A stretch of 64,000 bases of DNA from Mobula hypostoma (taxonomy: Eukaryota), in assembly GCF_963921235.1 (NCBI RefSeq), contig NC_086108.1, forward strand, positions 53,818,001 through 53,882,000, read 5' to 3'. Positions 63,065-64,000 of this stretch are shown piece after piece. Within the stretch, counting starts at the first letter, position 1, and every line of letters begins with the position of its first letter. A program made the translations under genes and the position numbers. The notes beneath the pieces are model-generated. The model was not told the origin of the DNA and did not search any database. It saw only the letters and a list, made by a program, of their open reading frames with translations.

Positions 63065-64000
63065 GATTATTTAAAGTGTACTCCCGATTAGCGCTTATAG
63101 CGGGATCCTTGTTTTGAGAATGATTTGTCTCACGGTGTCGCTCGGTGGAGCCACCAATGTTCTTTTGGAATTCCTATGTATAAATTTTTGTTTCCATCTT
63201 TACATGGGAGTTATGTTGTTCCTCTGCACCTGAGTTCAGTTGTTGCTAACGCTTAATGTGACACAAGGACCTCACAATCAATGGACCCAGTGGAGGTGCA
63301 TCAACAGCTTGTGCATCGGTCACTAGAGGCAAGGGTGCCTCCTAAATTCAGTTCTGTCCCAAGTCTACGGTCCGAGTGTACATTCCTAGCGTATCCAGTC
63401 TATATCCAAGGTTCTCTAGATCCACAAGGTTTGCTAGGTCTCCCATAGTATTCAGTGTTCTTGAGTTATATTCAATGTCTCAAGAGCATAAGGTCTGTTT
63501 CAAGTTGAATGAAATAGATGCCATGGATTTCAAGGAAGAGCAGCAAATTGGAAACAAAACTGGCTAAGAGGTCAGAGCAAAGGGGTACATTTCTGTGTTG
63601 TAAATTTTCTGTAATTCTGCAAAGAAACTGAAAATCAGAAAAAACTTTTTTTCTGATCCCTACCACACCCACCCAACCAGAGGAAAGAATTTTAAACTGA
63701 AGAGGTTATCCATTAGTTTTTCTTGAAGTTGATTAAACTGAGACAAAGAATTAAAACCGCCCCTATCTCAACAGCATCAGGTCTGTCTTGAACTTACCAG
63801 ACCTACCTTGACAGCATTAGGTCTGTCTTGAGAGCATTAAGTCTCCCTGAGCCATCAGATACTGGCCTTAGGGAGGGAGGTACTGTCATGAGCCCTTCGG
63901 GCCAATGCAGCTAACTGTAGAGCGATGGGCTGGAGGCATTCATAAATATGAAATCAATGATGTCCATTAACTCAAGCTTGTTTGATTTTAACCCACAATT

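Noticed and set aside
63080..63480. CpG-containing segment as a viral or LTR-element remnant
   Set aside because: The minus-strand frame I translated has several stops and nothing recognisable.
63771..63850. 20-bp direct repeats with a spacer, CRISPR-like
   Set aside because: Only 2-3 degenerate units in a vertebrate intron, consistent with simple local duplication.
46137..64000. ROR1 exon 5 (DGFCQPYRGIAC, cysteine-rich domain)
   Set aside because: Not found by eye or in the ORF track, so it probably lies beyond the window.

Overview
Vertebrate genomic DNA. The repeat families suggest a cartilaginous fish, probably a batoid, but that is inference. The window lies inside one + strand gene, the receptor tyrosine kinase ROR1. 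Three coding exons are visible: exon 2 (27813-27881), the Ig-domain exon 3 (39055-39342) and micro-exon 4 (46100-46136); I did not find exon 1 or exon 5 onward. The rest is intron, packed with decayed CR1, L2 and Rex1/Babar LINEs, SINEs, two full-length Tc1 transposons with long IR/DR ends, a Buster/Charlie hAT remnant, two related MITEs and about a dozen Penelope-like (PLE) insertions. The most notable signal is the PLE set. These are short, often palindromic insertions with 9-16 bp target-site duplications, carrying a minimal type I hammerhead ribozyme (CUGAUGA...GAAAC GUC). One copy (52021-52056) keeps an intact core on the ROR1 pre-mRNA strand, and truncation or inversion points of many copies cluster at the ribozyme. 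Boundaries of decayed repeats are approximate because they were read by eye.
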